From NCBI GenBank assembly GCA_963817895.1, contig CAWFQB010000004.1, positions 352,001 to 416,000 on the forward strand: DNA of 64,000 nt, written 5' to 3'. The first letter of the stretch is position 1. The number at the start of each line of letters is the position of its first letter. The notes under the pieces are model-generated. The model was not told the DNA's origin, searched no databases, and worked only from the letters and a program-made list of their open reading frames with translations. This DNA comes from an uncultured Chthonomonadaceae bacterium (GTDB lineage Bacteria; Armatimonadota; Chthonomonadetes; Chthonomonadales; Chthonomonadaceae). This document shows positions 19,753 to 29,422 of the stretch, piece after piece. Position numbers and translations under genes: made by a program.

Positions 19753-21299
19753 ATTACTTGCTGCCGGACAGACAAATGCTTTCAACTTCGGGCCTTCAAT
19801 TAAAAGGCTCCCCTTCTCCCAAAAGAGCCTGGGAGAAGGGGCTGGGGGTTGAGGGCTATTTTCAAATCAGACGCCTGCTGCCCGTGTTATGCCTGTTGCT
19901 GTCCCTTATGATTTGCGGAATTTCGGCAGGCGCAGACATTTCGCCGCAGCTTCTTGCGCGGGCGAAAGGCGCGACCGCGCTGGTGGAAGTGAGAAGCGGC
20001 GAGGGGTTCGGTTCGGCCTTTTGCATTGACCCGGCAGGCATATTCGTGACCAATCAGCATGTCGTCGAATCCGCCGAAAACAAGACCGTCAAACTAATTC
20101 TCAATCCGGGTGAAGCCGGTCAGAAAGCGGTTGTCGCGCAGGTTTTGCGGGCGGACAAAGTATTAGATTTAGCCCTCCTGCAAGTGAATCCACCGGGCGC
20201 GTTTACCACTCTGCCCGTTGGCAACAGCGATGGCCTGATGGAAACCGCGTCCGTGATTGCGCTTGGCTACCCGTTCGGCAAAGATTTGGCAACGCAACAG
20301 GGCGAATATCCCAATGTGTCGGTAAGTCTGGGGCATATTACGGCCCTGCGCAAAAGCCGGGGAGCCTTGAACTCCATTCAACTGGACGCCGCGCTCAATC
20401 CGGGGAATTCTGGCGGACCGGTGCTGAATTCATCCGGGCAGGTCATCGGCATTGTGCAGGCGGGCATCCCCGGCGCGTCCATCAATTTCGCCATTCCCAT
20501 CAACGCGCTCACCAGACTACAGAACGCGACAGACTTGAGCTTATCCCCGCTTCAAATTCCAACGCTTCAGTGCCACGACGCGCAAACCTTCCTGATTCAC
20601 ATCGTCAGCTTGCGCCACTCCCGCGCCAATATCACGATAGATATGGAATTAGACGCGGGCAATGGCCCGCGCCGCTTTTCCGCAAAAGCAAAAGACGCGA
20701 CAACGTTTACCGTGAGCGCGGTTCCCGTGCCGTCCGGCAATGCTTCACTACGCGAAACGCGGGGAGCGCGCTATCATCTTGTGGCGCGATTGGACGGCGC
20801 CATTATCGGCGAACAATCGGGCATCATCCGTATCGGAGAGATAGCCCCGCCCATGTTGCCAAAAGAGACTGCCGACGGAGCATTTGGGACCCCGTTTCAC
20901 AGCGACATGCGCCGACTTATCGCGGCGGCGGACAAAGGCTTCGCGTCTATCAAAGGCGCAGTACAGGGCGGAGAAAGCAAGCCGACCCTGTTGTTGCCCG
21001 GAAGCGTGGACGCGGTTCTCGAAGAAGCGGGAACGCTGCATCTGGCAACGTACATCTACCGCTTCGCAAATCATGGCGAGGCCGAGCATCAGCGAAATAA
21101 ATGTATAGACGCGCTCAAGAATCTGCTGCTGAAAGACTGGACATTGGAAGACCGCAATACCACAATGGCCTTCCTGCGCCACAATCCCGACGGGGAACCG
21201 GGCGCGAAACAGCCCATCGTCACTATTCTGGTATCTCGTCCCCTGAACGACTCCGGCAATTTTTTCTGGCTGAAAGTAACTTCGGTGGCTTCCCACTAG
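19749..21299 (+). CDS. Trypsin-like (S1C) serine protease with unknown C-terminal domains
   Basis: Catalytic triad motifs TNQHVV, DLALL and GNSGGP. The start is uncertain because a REP hairpin lies in the 5' part. Confidence 0.85.
   Translation: MNYLLPDRQMLSTSGLQLKGSPSPKRAWEKGLGVEGYFQIRRLLPVLCLLLSLMICGISAGADISPQLLARAKGATALVEVRSGEGFGSAFCIDPAGIFVTNQHVVESAENKTVKLILNPGEAGQKAVVAQVLRADKVLDLALLQVNPPGAFTTLPVGNSDGLMETASVIALGYPFGKDLATQQGEYPNVSVSLGHITALRKSRGALNSIQLDAALNPGNSGGPVLNSSGQVIGIVQAGIPGASINFAIPINALTRLQNATDLSLSPLQIPTLQCHDAQTFLIHIVSLRHSRANITIDMELDAGNGPRRFSAKAKDATTFTVSAVPVPSGNASLRETRGARYHLVARLDGAIIGEQSGIIRIGEIAPPMLPKETADGAFGTPFHSDMRRLIAAADKGFASIKGAVQGGESKPTLLLPGSVDAVLEEAGTLHLATYIYRFANHGEAEHQRNKCIDALKNLLLKDWTLEDRNTTMAFLRHNPDGEPGAKQPIVTILVSRPLNDSGNFFWLKVTSVASH
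19808..19864 (-). repeat. CCCCTTCTCCCA hairpin REP-like element, copy 2
   Basis: GGGTTGAGGGCTATTTTCA (19846-19864) is the exact reverse complement of 12694-12712, and the stem is the same. Confidence 0.8.
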
Positions 21300-21403
21300 A
21301 GCCTATCCCAACAGGCGATTGCATTTGCGTCCGAAGGACGCTTGGCCGCAGGCCACTCAGACGGGTACGTTCTTTGTACCCGGCCTATTGGAATAGGCAC
21401 TAA
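21296..21403. mobile_element. About 108-bp MITE-like element with terminal IRs and three internal hairpins
   Basis: CTAGAGCCTATCCCAACAGGC / GCCTATTGGAATAGGCACTAA (17/21 IR). Internal hairpins GCGTCC-GAA-GGACGC, TGGCC-GCA-GGCCA and CGGGTAC..GTACCCG. Confidence 0.6.
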
Positions 21404-21418
21404 ACTAAAGGTGAACGT

Positions 21419-22780
21419 ATGAAACTGTGGAAACAAGCGGGAATAGGTTTGCTGTTACTCGCGATGAACGCGACCGGGCGGGCGGATAATATCGCGCCGA
21501 CCAGCGTAAAGCATGTCAATCTGATTACGCGGGAACTGCTTTATGAGCCGGTGTCAAAGAAAATCTATGCCAGCGTCCCCGGAAACGCGGGACCGGGCGG
21601 CAATAGCGTGGTGGCGATTGACCCGCTGACGGCGGAAGTGAGCGCCCCAATTCCGGTTGGCAGCGAACCCGGCCACATGGCGGCTTCCGATGATGGCAAA
21701 TACCTGTACGTGGCGTTGGATACGGGGGATATACGGCGCGTGGATTTGACCACACGCAAACCGGCGGGACTGTTCCATACGGGCGGGATTCGGCAGTTGG
21801 AAGTTCTGCCCGGACAGCATGACATTCTAATTGTTTCGCGGGGCGGGGGAGCGGGCATGGGTGATGGCGTTGCCATTCTGGATAACGGCGCGATGCGGCC
21901 CAAAACGGGCAGCCCGAACTCCTTTGCGCGGACATTCGGCAATCGGGTGCATACCTACCAGAACGAAATATCCTCGTGGGATTTCAGCACGTATGCCGTA
22001 GACGCGACGGGATTGAACGGCAGAGCCAACACGGCAAGCCTGCTGTTCGGCAACTGCCATCTGCTCGGCGATGGCAACGGGCGCGTGTTCACCGACAACG
22101 GGCAGGTGGTTGATCCCGAAACGCAGCGCATATTGGGGCGTTTCCCGAACACGACATGGGGAACGCGCCCCCTGCCGGATGCGGGAACGAATCGCGTATT
22201 CTTCCTCAACGGCAGCCATATCACGAGCGACGATTACACCACGTATGTCACGCTCGATTCAATGGACGTGCCGGAAGTAAAGGGCGGAACCAACAACCTG
22301 ATTCGCTGGGGAACGGACGGGTTGGCGTTCCGCTCGGATCAGCAGGTAACTCTGGTACGCTCACGCATTGTCGCGCCACCCGTTGCGCCCATAGATTTGG
22401 CATTAACGGTGACGCACTCGCCACAGGCTGTCACGGTGGGGCGTTCCATTACCTGTACAGTTGCGGTTGTCAACAACGGGCATGGACAGGCAACGGGTGT
22501 CAGTCTCTCCTACCGCCTGCCGGAAGGACTGGAACTGGTGTCCGCGCAATCCACGCAGGGGCAGGTATCCCAAACCAACCGGCTTGTGTCCGTAGACGTG
22601 GGAGACATGGCGGCGAGAAGCAGAGTAACTCTGACGGTTGTAGTAACACCTGTAGGCGAAAAGAAGTTTATGACGACTGCGGTTGTACGCGGCAATCAGC
22701 CTGACGACCATCCCAACAACAATCTGAGCGACCACGAGATCAACAACATGCTTGACGGCGCGACTGCAAAAGTCGAATGA
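21419..22780 (+). CDS. Secreted YncE-like beta-propeller protein with C-terminal DUF11 domain
   Basis: Signal peptide and IPVGSEPGHMAASDDGKYLYV. C-terminal DLALT..V.NNGHGQATGV..LPEGL..D..PNNN is a DUF11 pattern. Confidence 0.78.
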   Translation: MKLWKQAGIGLLLLAMNATGRADNIAPTSVKHVNLITRELLYEPVSKKIYASVPGNAGPGGNSVVAIDPLTAEVSAPIPVGSEPGHMAASDDGKYLYVALDTGDIRRVDLTTRKPAGLFHTGGIRQLEVLPGQHDILIVSRGGGAGMGDGVAILDNGAMRPKTGSPNSFARTFGNRVHTYQNEISSWDFSTYAVDATGLNGRANTASLLFGNCHLLGDGNGRVFTDNGQVVDPETQRILGRFPNTTWGTRPLPDAGTNRVFFLNGSHITSDDYTTYVTLDSMDVPEVKGGTNNLIRWGTDGLAFRSDQQVTLVRSRIVAPPVAPIDLALTVTHSPQAVTVGRSITCTVAVVNNGHGQATGVSLSYRLPEGLELVSAQSTQGQVSQTNRLVSVDVGDMAARSRVTLTVVVTPVGEKKFMTTAVVRGNQPDDHPNNNLSDHEINNMLDGATAKVE

Positions 22781-22814
22781 AATAAAGCGGCGGAAAAACA
22801 GTAAGAAAACAACC

Positions 22815-23843
22815 ATGAACAAAATGACGCGACGGGAAATTCTGCAAGCCGGAACCGACGTGATGCTGACAGGACTGCTGATTGGCGGTTTGGAAGCGAA
22901 CAGCAGGGGCGCAGTGAGGGCGGCGGGCAGGGCAGTCAAATGCGTAGCCCTGAGCAGTGATGGCGTGTTGCTGGCCGCGCCGATTGCCGGGAAGGGTATC
23001 GGCCTGTTCGATTACGCGAGCGCGATGAGATTGCGAACGCTGGAACTGCCTGCGGAGATCGAGGTTCTCGCGCTGGCGTTTGCGGGCAAAGGTTCGCGGC
23101 TGGCCGTCCTGCAACTGGACGCGAACGCGGCGATACTGGCGGCGGGTTGCTCGGACGGGGCTGTTCGGCTGTGGGACGCGCAAACCGGCAAAACACTGGG
23201 AACCATCCTTGCGCACAAGGCAGGCGTGACGGCGATTTGCCTGACGCCGGACGGCAAAACGCTGGTGACAGCCGCCGACAGCGAACCAACCCTGCGCGTG
23301 TGGGATGTCACGTCCCGCAACCTGAGCGGCGAATTTGCCGGACACGCCAACGGCATTGCCGGCATCGCCCTGAGTCCCGACGGCAAAACGCTGGCGGCGG
23401 GCGGGCGCGGCTTCGACCCTACCATCCATCTGTACGACATGGCGCGGGGCGGCCAAAGCAAAATGTTCACCGCCTACCTCAAAGGCGAACATAAACTCTC
23501 CATTAGCGCGCTGGCCTTTAGCTCGGACGGCAAGCGGCTTGCAAGCGGCAGTCTGGACAAAACCGCCCGCGTGTGGAACATCGCCGAACGCAAGGCGACC
23601 GCGAAATTCGACGAGCATGAAGCGTCCATTCTCAGCATCGCCTTCCACCCGAACGGCAGAAACGTCGTCAGCGGCAGCCCGGACAAGACCGTTCGGCAGT
23701 GGGACGCGGACACCGGCAAATTAATTCAAATGTTGGGCAGTTTCAAGGGCGAAGTGTACGCCATTGCCTTCGCGCCCAACGGCCAATCGCTGGCAGTTGT
23801 CGGGCAGGACGGCTTGATGCGCGTGTCCGTTCCCGAAAAGTAG
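22815..23843 (+). CDS. WD40 repeat protein with Tat-like signal
   Basis: MTRREIL signal and repeated DGK.LASGS.DKT.R.WD units. Confidence 0.88.
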   Translation: MNKMTRREILQAGTDVMLTGLLIGGLEANSRGAVRAAGRAVKCVALSSDGVLLAAPIAGKGIGLFDYASAMRLRTLELPAEIEVLALAFAGKGSRLAVLQLDANAAILAAGCSDGAVRLWDAQTGKTLGTILAHKAGVTAICLTPDGKTLVTAADSEPTLRVWDVTSRNLSGEFAGHANGIAGIALSPDGKTLAAGGRGFDPTIHLYDMARGGQSKMFTAYLKGEHKLSISALAFSSDGKRLASGSLDKTARVWNIAERKATAKFDEHEASILSIAFHPNGRNVVSGSPDKTVRQWDADTGKLIQMLGSFKGEVYAIAFAPNGQSLAVVGQDGLMRVSVPEK

Positions 23844-23929
23844 ACTGTAAAAGAGAGAGGATTACGCGATTTACCCATCTACTCGCCACATGTGTTTTGG
23901 AAATTTATAGTAAAATACATAACTTGGCA

Positions 23930-24616
23930 TTAAGGCGCGGTAAGTTGTCTGGATTTGTACGCGGCTTTGCTTTGCTCGATGTATTCGCGTAACGCGCCTT
24001 CCACATCGGGAACCTGAATCAGCGGAACGCCGATTACCAGAATATCCGCGCCCATGCCTGCCGCGCGAACGCCGTCTTCCACGCTGAAGGTTCCCACGCC
24101 GACAGGAATGGTCACGGCTTTCAGAACCGCGCTGAGTTCCGTCAGGGCGTCATACGCGGGGTCGGCGTTACGCTGGTCGGCTCCCCAATGGACGTATACG
24201 CTGTCAATTCCCATATCGGCCAGTTGACGGGCGCGAAGGGCCGCATCGGGCGCGGCGTACAAATCGCAAAGCACGACAACGCCCGCTTCCTGTCCGGCGC
24301 GAATGGCTTCCCGCAGGCTGGCATCGCTGGCAACCGCGCAGATGGTGGCGATACGCCCGCCCTGTTTCGCCGTTTCCACGACATACTTGCGAACCCCGTC
24401 CATCATCTTATAGTCGGCCAGAACCGGGACATGGGGAAACTCCCGCGCCAACGCGCCAATCGCCCGTACCCCCTCGAACGTGACAAGAGGCGTTCCCACT
24501 TCCAGCCAGTCCACGCCCGCCCGTACCGCCGCTTCCCCAAGCCGCAACGCGTCGTCTATATTCAGCACATCAATCGCCACCTGCACAATCGGCGGCTGTA
24601 TACGCAGTTTCTCCAT
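23930..24616 (-). CDS. 3-hexulose-6-phosphate synthase / OMP decarboxylase (HUMPS) family
   Basis: QVAID, WLEVGTPL and VLADYKMMD motifs. Confidence 0.82.
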   Translation of the reverse strand: MEKLRIQPPIVQVAIDVLNIDDALRLGEAAVRAGVDWLEVGTPLVTFEGVRAIGALAREFPHVPVLADYKMMDGVRKYVVETAKQGGRIATICAVASDASLREAIRAGQEAGVVVLCDLYAAPDAALRARQLADMGIDSVYVHWGADQRNADPAYDALTELSAVLKAVTIPVGVGTFSVEDGVRAAGMGADILVIGVPLIQVPDVEGALREYIEQSKAAYKSRQLTAP

Positions 24617-24638
24617 TTATTTTTCTTTCCGTCCGGGT

Positions 24639-25145
24639 TTACCCCGAAGCGTGTTTCTTGACGCCGACAAGAAGCGGCGACTCGGTTTGCATCTGCCTGC
24701 TTTTGCGAATGGATTCCCGAAGGCGGTACAGGCTTGCCATGTGGCATTGCATGTGCAGGTGCATCGCAAAGGGCGCTTTCCACATAGAACCGGACACGCT
24801 CATGCCCCGGCGCTTCATCATGGCGATCACTTCCAGATTGCGACTCAGGGTGAGGATGTGCCGCCCGCGCTGTTCGGCCCGCTCCCAGGCCGCGGCGTAA
24901 AGTTCGCGTCCCAATCCCCGGCCCCGGAACGCGGGAACCACATACAACACGGCAATATCCGTCCAGCCGAAACGCAGGTCTTTGCTGATACAAGCGCCCG
25001 CCAATGCGCCATCCTCCTCCGCGACCCACACGTCGGAACAGCCCAACAGTTCCCGAACGGTGTAGCCGAGAATGTTAGGCGTGGTTTTCAATTCCGCGTG
25101 AAGCAGCGCGGCTTCCTCTAATGTGAGTTTGCGATGGTTCAGCAT
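24639..25145 (-). CDS. GNAT family acetyltransferase
   Basis: Acetyl-CoA motif LYVVPAFRGRGLG. Confidence 0.82.
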   Translation of the reverse strand: MLNHRKLTLEEAALLHAELKTTPNILGYTVRELLGCSDVWVAEEDGALAGACISKDLRFGWTDIAVLYVVPAFRGRGLGRELYAAAWERAEQRGRHILTLSRNLEVIAMMKRRGMSVSGSMWKAPFAMHLHMQCHMASLYRLRESIRKSRQMQTESPLLVGVKKHASG

Positions 25146-25166
25146 GGCTCTCGATTCTAAAGTAGT

Positions 25167-27684
25167 CTAATTCCGCAAACCGTACCGCTCGTAAAGGTCG
25201 CTATTTGCAAGGGGCAGCAGGGGCGAGGGAACGCCACAATAGCAGATGTACAGGTCGTGCAGGGCGCGGGTACAGGCCGTGTACAGCAGTTTGCGCTCCG
25301 CTTCCCGCTCATAACGCGCCTGACTCGCGTCGTGCAGAACAACGGCATCGAATTCAAGCCCTTTGGCAAGCTGCACCGGCATTACGAGAACGCCCTGCGT
25401 CAATGCCGCGCTGCCGCTCAATAGAGTCAGCGGCGTATCCTTCGGCATCAGGGGCCGTAACTGGCGATACAATTCCGCGCTGTCCCGCCGCGTTTTACAT
25501 ATAACCGCGATAGAGTTGACCCTCTTATCGGCTATATCTGTCAACAGCGTGGCGAGGGTGGCGGGGAGTTTGCCATCCGGCGCGGCAAGCACTTTCGGCT
25601 TGCTTCCCGTTCGACGCACATTATCAATGGCCGGACTGCCCTTTAGTATCTGCCGCGCGAAGTCCGTGATTTCCACGCTGGAGCGGTAGCTGCGTTTCAG
25701 TTCCAGGCGCGTGATTCGTTTGGTGAAAACGTCTTCCAGTCCCTCGTAATCGTGCAGGTTCAGCGCGGGGCTGATGGCCTGATTGGTATCCCCGACAATC
25801 GTGAAACTACAGGAATCGGGCAGGCAATTCTTGATGTACTCGTAATGCGGCAGGGAGTAGTCCTGCGCTTCATCAATCACGGCATGGTCTACATCGCTCC
25901 ACTGCGGAAAGCCGCGATAGTGTCCACTCAACAACAGCAGGGGAACAATATCTTCATACGCCACTTTGCGCTCTTGCGCAAAGGAAGCTGTGTACGCGCC
26001 TGCCTCTGCGGAAAGTCCGGCAGTTTCGTCTGATAGAGATTCGTCGGACGGCAACAGCGCGTTTTGCAGCAGAGTCGCGTATAAATCCAGCAGGGCGCGG
26101 TTCATATACGGTTGCAGCAGATTTTCAATGCGCAATTTCTCCTGCTGCAGGCGTCGCATCGTAATCGCAAGGGGATTTCTGCCGTTGCCATCGCCGCGCG
26201 GAATCCAACTTGTCTGTTCAAATTCCACAAGGCGCGTGTCAATGTTTTCCAGCACATCTTTGAGACTGTCCACAACGGAACTCGCCGCGCGGGACAGGCG
26301 ATACCGCTCCTGAAATTCCGATTTGCTGTAAAAAATGCGTTGCTTCGCATCCGCAATTACCTGCCCGTAAACGCTGAGTTCCATGTCCTCAAACGCCGCT
26401 TCTATCTGTCTGTCAAGCTGTTCCAGAAACGTTTCTCATAGCGGACAGCATGGCAAGGGAAGATTTGAAAGCAGAAGCCGATACGCGCGCCTGGTACAGC
26501 GCGTCGATTGTTTGCAGCAGAATGTACTCAAAGTAGTCTTCGCGGGCTTCCACCTGCCAGCGCTCGCCCCGAATTGCTTTGGGCAGGCATTTACGAACTT
26601 CGGCCTGAATGGTGTTTTCCAGAATGGTTTGCGTAATCTGCTCTTCGTTCAGGTCGGGCAGGACGCGCGAAATATAGCTTGAAAAGATGCTGTTGGGGGA
26701 GAAGACCAGCATCTGCTGCGCGGAAACCCGGCCAAAACGCTGCGCGAGTCGCTCCTGTTCCTGCCGCTTATGGTATAGCAGATAGGCGGCGCGATGCAGC
26801 GCGACGACGGTTTTGCCGCTGCCCGCCGGTCCCTGAACAATCACCACGCCACCACGAACACGGATAACTTCATCCTGTTCCGCCTGTATGCTCTGCACGA
26901 TTTGCCGCATTTCGCCCGAACTGTTGCGCTTCAACATGCCAAGCAGGATAGCATCCTCGGTTTCCGCGATCTGCGTTTTGCTGCTGCCCACATCCTGATA
27001 CGAGGCCAACGCTCCCTTGCGGATTTCCAGATGACGCTTCAGAAATATTTCGCCGCCAAACACGCCGCCCGGCGCATGGTAACTGGCGGAACCCACATTG
27101 TGGCGATAGTACAGGGTACAAATCGGATCGCGCCAGTCATAGATGAGAAAGCTATCGGAACCGGTTTCGAGCATCGCGCGCCCGATGTAGATCAACTCTA
27201 CCGCGTCAGCATCCTCCCCGGCAAAATCAATACGCGCGAAATAGGGGTCGCCTAAAATGGTTTAAATCGCCTCCTGTTTGCGCCGCGCTTCCGTTCGCAG
27301 CCAGGCGTCCGCCGCCCCGCTGTGAATCGAGCGTCGCCCCTTCGCGTGGGCTTTGCGGCTGTATTCCACCACCTGTTCCGCCGCCACTTGCAGCGTGTAC
27401 CGGAGGTAATGCTCCTCATGCGCTTTTTCCAATAGCGCAACGGGCGTCTCACTCCCCGTATAGCGTTGCTGCGGCGCTTCCAACTCTGTTGCCTGTACTT
27501 GCGGAGTGGAAAGCGCCTGTGTGGGTGTTTGAAAAGATTTGACGCAGGCGAGACAGGCGTTATCCGGCGCACTGACGGAATGGTCAATAACGACGCGCCG
27601 GGGCTTGCCGCACTCGAACGCATTACCCGCTGCGGAACTGTCATAATAGTGAAACAGGCCATCATCCCGGCTCATTCCCCACAT
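25167..27684 (-). pseudogene. helD: HelD-like SF1 helicase (RNA polymerase recycling factor) with in-frame TAA at 27262-27264 and +1 frameshift near 26435
   Basis: PYFARIDF, IYIGR, IYDWRDPI, IVQSIQAEQDEVIR, QGPAGSGKT, ALHRAAYLLY, IDEAQD, GDTNQ, SYRSS, KGLEFD and LYTACTRA in the canonical HelD order across three ORFs. Confidence 0.85.
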
Positions 27685-27815
27685 AGTCCCTTGCCTTTCT
27701 GAAGTGTGTTGTTTTAGCGGCTGAAATATTCCAGACAATAAATTAGACGCAGAAGAAGAAAATCCTTCCCCTGCGCCTGAATAGAATTCTACATTTTTAC
27801 AGGTGCGAACGTTGC

Positions 27816-28259
27816 CTACCCAACTAACTGATTTTTCATGGGTGGCAGTGTCACTTCAGTCAGCGTTATATGCGGAAACAAGCGCTTGAGGTTTTCGTAA
27901 CCCATTGCTTTGTTTTCAGCAATTGCCGCATCAATTTCGTCAGGAAACGCTTCGTAATAATTGAGCGCGGCCTGCGCTTTCCATGTCGGCCAGCCGAAAT
28001 GCTGCGCCGTTGTTGCCGCGTCCAGTCTGTATTGCTGCGCCACTTCGATGACCTGCCAGACTTGCAGCAGTCCCTTCAAACACGCCTGCCGTTCACCGCC
28101 AAATGCGCGAAACTCTATTTCCGCGAACTCGCTGACGCGCCGCGCTTCTTCAAACAACGACACGCCCAAATCGTTGAGCGAACGCCCGGTACGCCGCGCC
28201 GACGCTTCGAGCCAGTCGGCTACCTCATCTGGTAATTGCAACGTTACAGTCTGTGACAT
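27816..28259 (-). CDS. DUF433-like antitoxin with N-terminal ribbon-helix-helix-like segment
   Basis: VTLQLPD N-terminus, LQVWQVI and QAALNYYEAFPDEID. Confidence 0.65.
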   Translation of the reverse strand: MSQTVTLQLPDEVADWLEASARRTGRSLNDLGVSLFEEARRVSEFAEIEFRAFGGERQACLKGLLQVWQVIEVAQQYRLDAATTAQHFGWPTWKAQAALNYYEAFPDEIDAAIAENKAMGYENLKRLFPHITLTEVTLPPMKNQLVG

Positions 28260-28379
28260 ACTGTGCTTCTGCTTCTCTCAAACAGTGTAAAATCCTATAC
28301 GCATTGTAAACAAATATAGCAGGTCATACAATAAATTTGGAGATTTTAAAGTATTACTGAAATTGTCCCCGAAACATGA

Positions 28380-28643
28380 CTAACCCGCTGTCTGTGAGGA
28401 ACGGAGAGTGTCGGCGTCTGGATAGCTGATTCGCATGCCATAGCGGACGCCATCAGGCCGTTTTTGATAAGTGCGCATGGAGGCGGTCATGTCGTCCTCA
28501 TCTATTTCGTACTCGCCTGTCTCAATGTCAATCACAAGGAACTTGCCTGTGTTCTCCGGTTCCAACAAGCCGCGCAACTGCTGCTCGTATATTTCCCGGC
28601 CTCGCGTGGCTACCTGCTGCGCGGTAGGACGTATTTGTCCCAT
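28380..28643 (-). CDS. Small hypothetical protein (DUF5678-like)
   Basis: RGREIYEQQLR..LE.EN.GKFLVIDIETGEYEID pattern with a GGAAGG RBS. Confidence 0.6.
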   Translation of the reverse strand: MGQIRPTAQQVATRGREIYEQQLRGLLEPENTGKFLVIDIETGEYEIDEDDMTASMRTYQKRPDGVRYGMRISYPDADTLRSSQTAG

Positions 28644-28669
28644 TGCTGTTCCTTCCCCGTCATCTACTA

Positions 28670-29098
28670 TCAAAGCCAGTCCTCAACAATCAATGTTGAA
28701 TGACTTTTGATGTCTTCAAAGATTTTATCGGCAGAGAGTAGCTTCGCGCGGTTTACAATGACTATGCATGCTATTTGCAAATCCATCGTTCCACATGCGC
28801 GTAACTCTCTGATTTGTTTCAGGCGTACAAATTCTGTGGCCGCTCTGTCGTCGAACGGCAACAATATCCACTCCGCAAAGAACTCAAAAATCTGATGCAG
28901 ATAATGATAAGGAGGCACCTTCTCGTGTGCAGTCTTCGCTTTATTGATCTCTGACAAACACCCATTCACCGCTTCATGTACGGTAATGATGTTTGTGCAA
29001 ACATCTTCTCCGCTTGCCTGTAGTTTGCGCATCAACTTGTCACATGCGATCCCCGGTCTTCTGAGTACCCGCATGTGATTAGATTCTACGATGATCAT
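28670..29098 (-). CDS. VapC-like PIN domain toxin
   Basis: ITVHE, LPFDDRAA, GTMDLQIACI and LLSAD..F. The first catalytic Asp appears as Glu (IIVESNH). Confidence 0.8.
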   Translation of the reverse strand: MIIVESNHMRVLRRPGIACDKLMRKLQASGEDVCTNIITVHEAVNGCLSEINKAKTAHEKVPPYHYLHQIFEFFAEWILLPFDDRAATEFVRLKQIRELRACGTMDLQIACIVIVNRAKLLSADKIFEDIKSHSTLIVEDWL

Positions 29099-29388
29099 GT
29101 TTCGTTGCGCTCGTCTTCCCTCAACCTATTCCCTTCTTCAAAAATCCTGTCAAGGGGAGAACCTTCAGGATATTTGCCTGCTGTTTTTATCCAGCTATCG
29201 CGAGGGCGAGGCGTTGGCTTACCTCTCATAGCAAGGAGAGAAACTTGCCCCGAACGCCCCTCGTCCTCTGCAACATCAGACGCGGCAACAGTATCACTCC
29301 AGAACTCAACAGAGGATTCCAGTTCTGATGCTTGTTCCGCAGGCGCGGAGTTGCTATTTAAATTTGATGCTTCAATGGTCATATTCAA
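29095..29388 (-). CDS. Putative antitoxin of the PIN toxin
   Basis: ATGA overlap with the PIN gene. Acidic, with C-terminal W..TAG.Y....LD....EG..LR. Confidence 0.55.
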   Translation of the reverse strand: MNMTIEASNLNSNSAPAEQASELESSVEFWSDTVAASDVAEDEGRSGQVSLLAMRGKPTPRPRDSWIKTAGKYPEGSPLDRIFEEGNRLREDERNET

Positions 29389-29422
29389 ATACAGGTTCAG
29401 TAGCCGGAGCGCTTTGTTCGTA

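Noticed and set aside
21296..21403. tRNA gene
   Set aside because: The cloverleaf-like fold lacks the T-loop (TTCRA), the D-loop GG and a 7-nt anticodon loop.
23930..24616. Evidence for a RuMP formaldehyde-fixation pathway
   Set aside because: No phosphohexuloisomerase gene is adjacent, and the family includes other sugar-phosphate decarboxylases.
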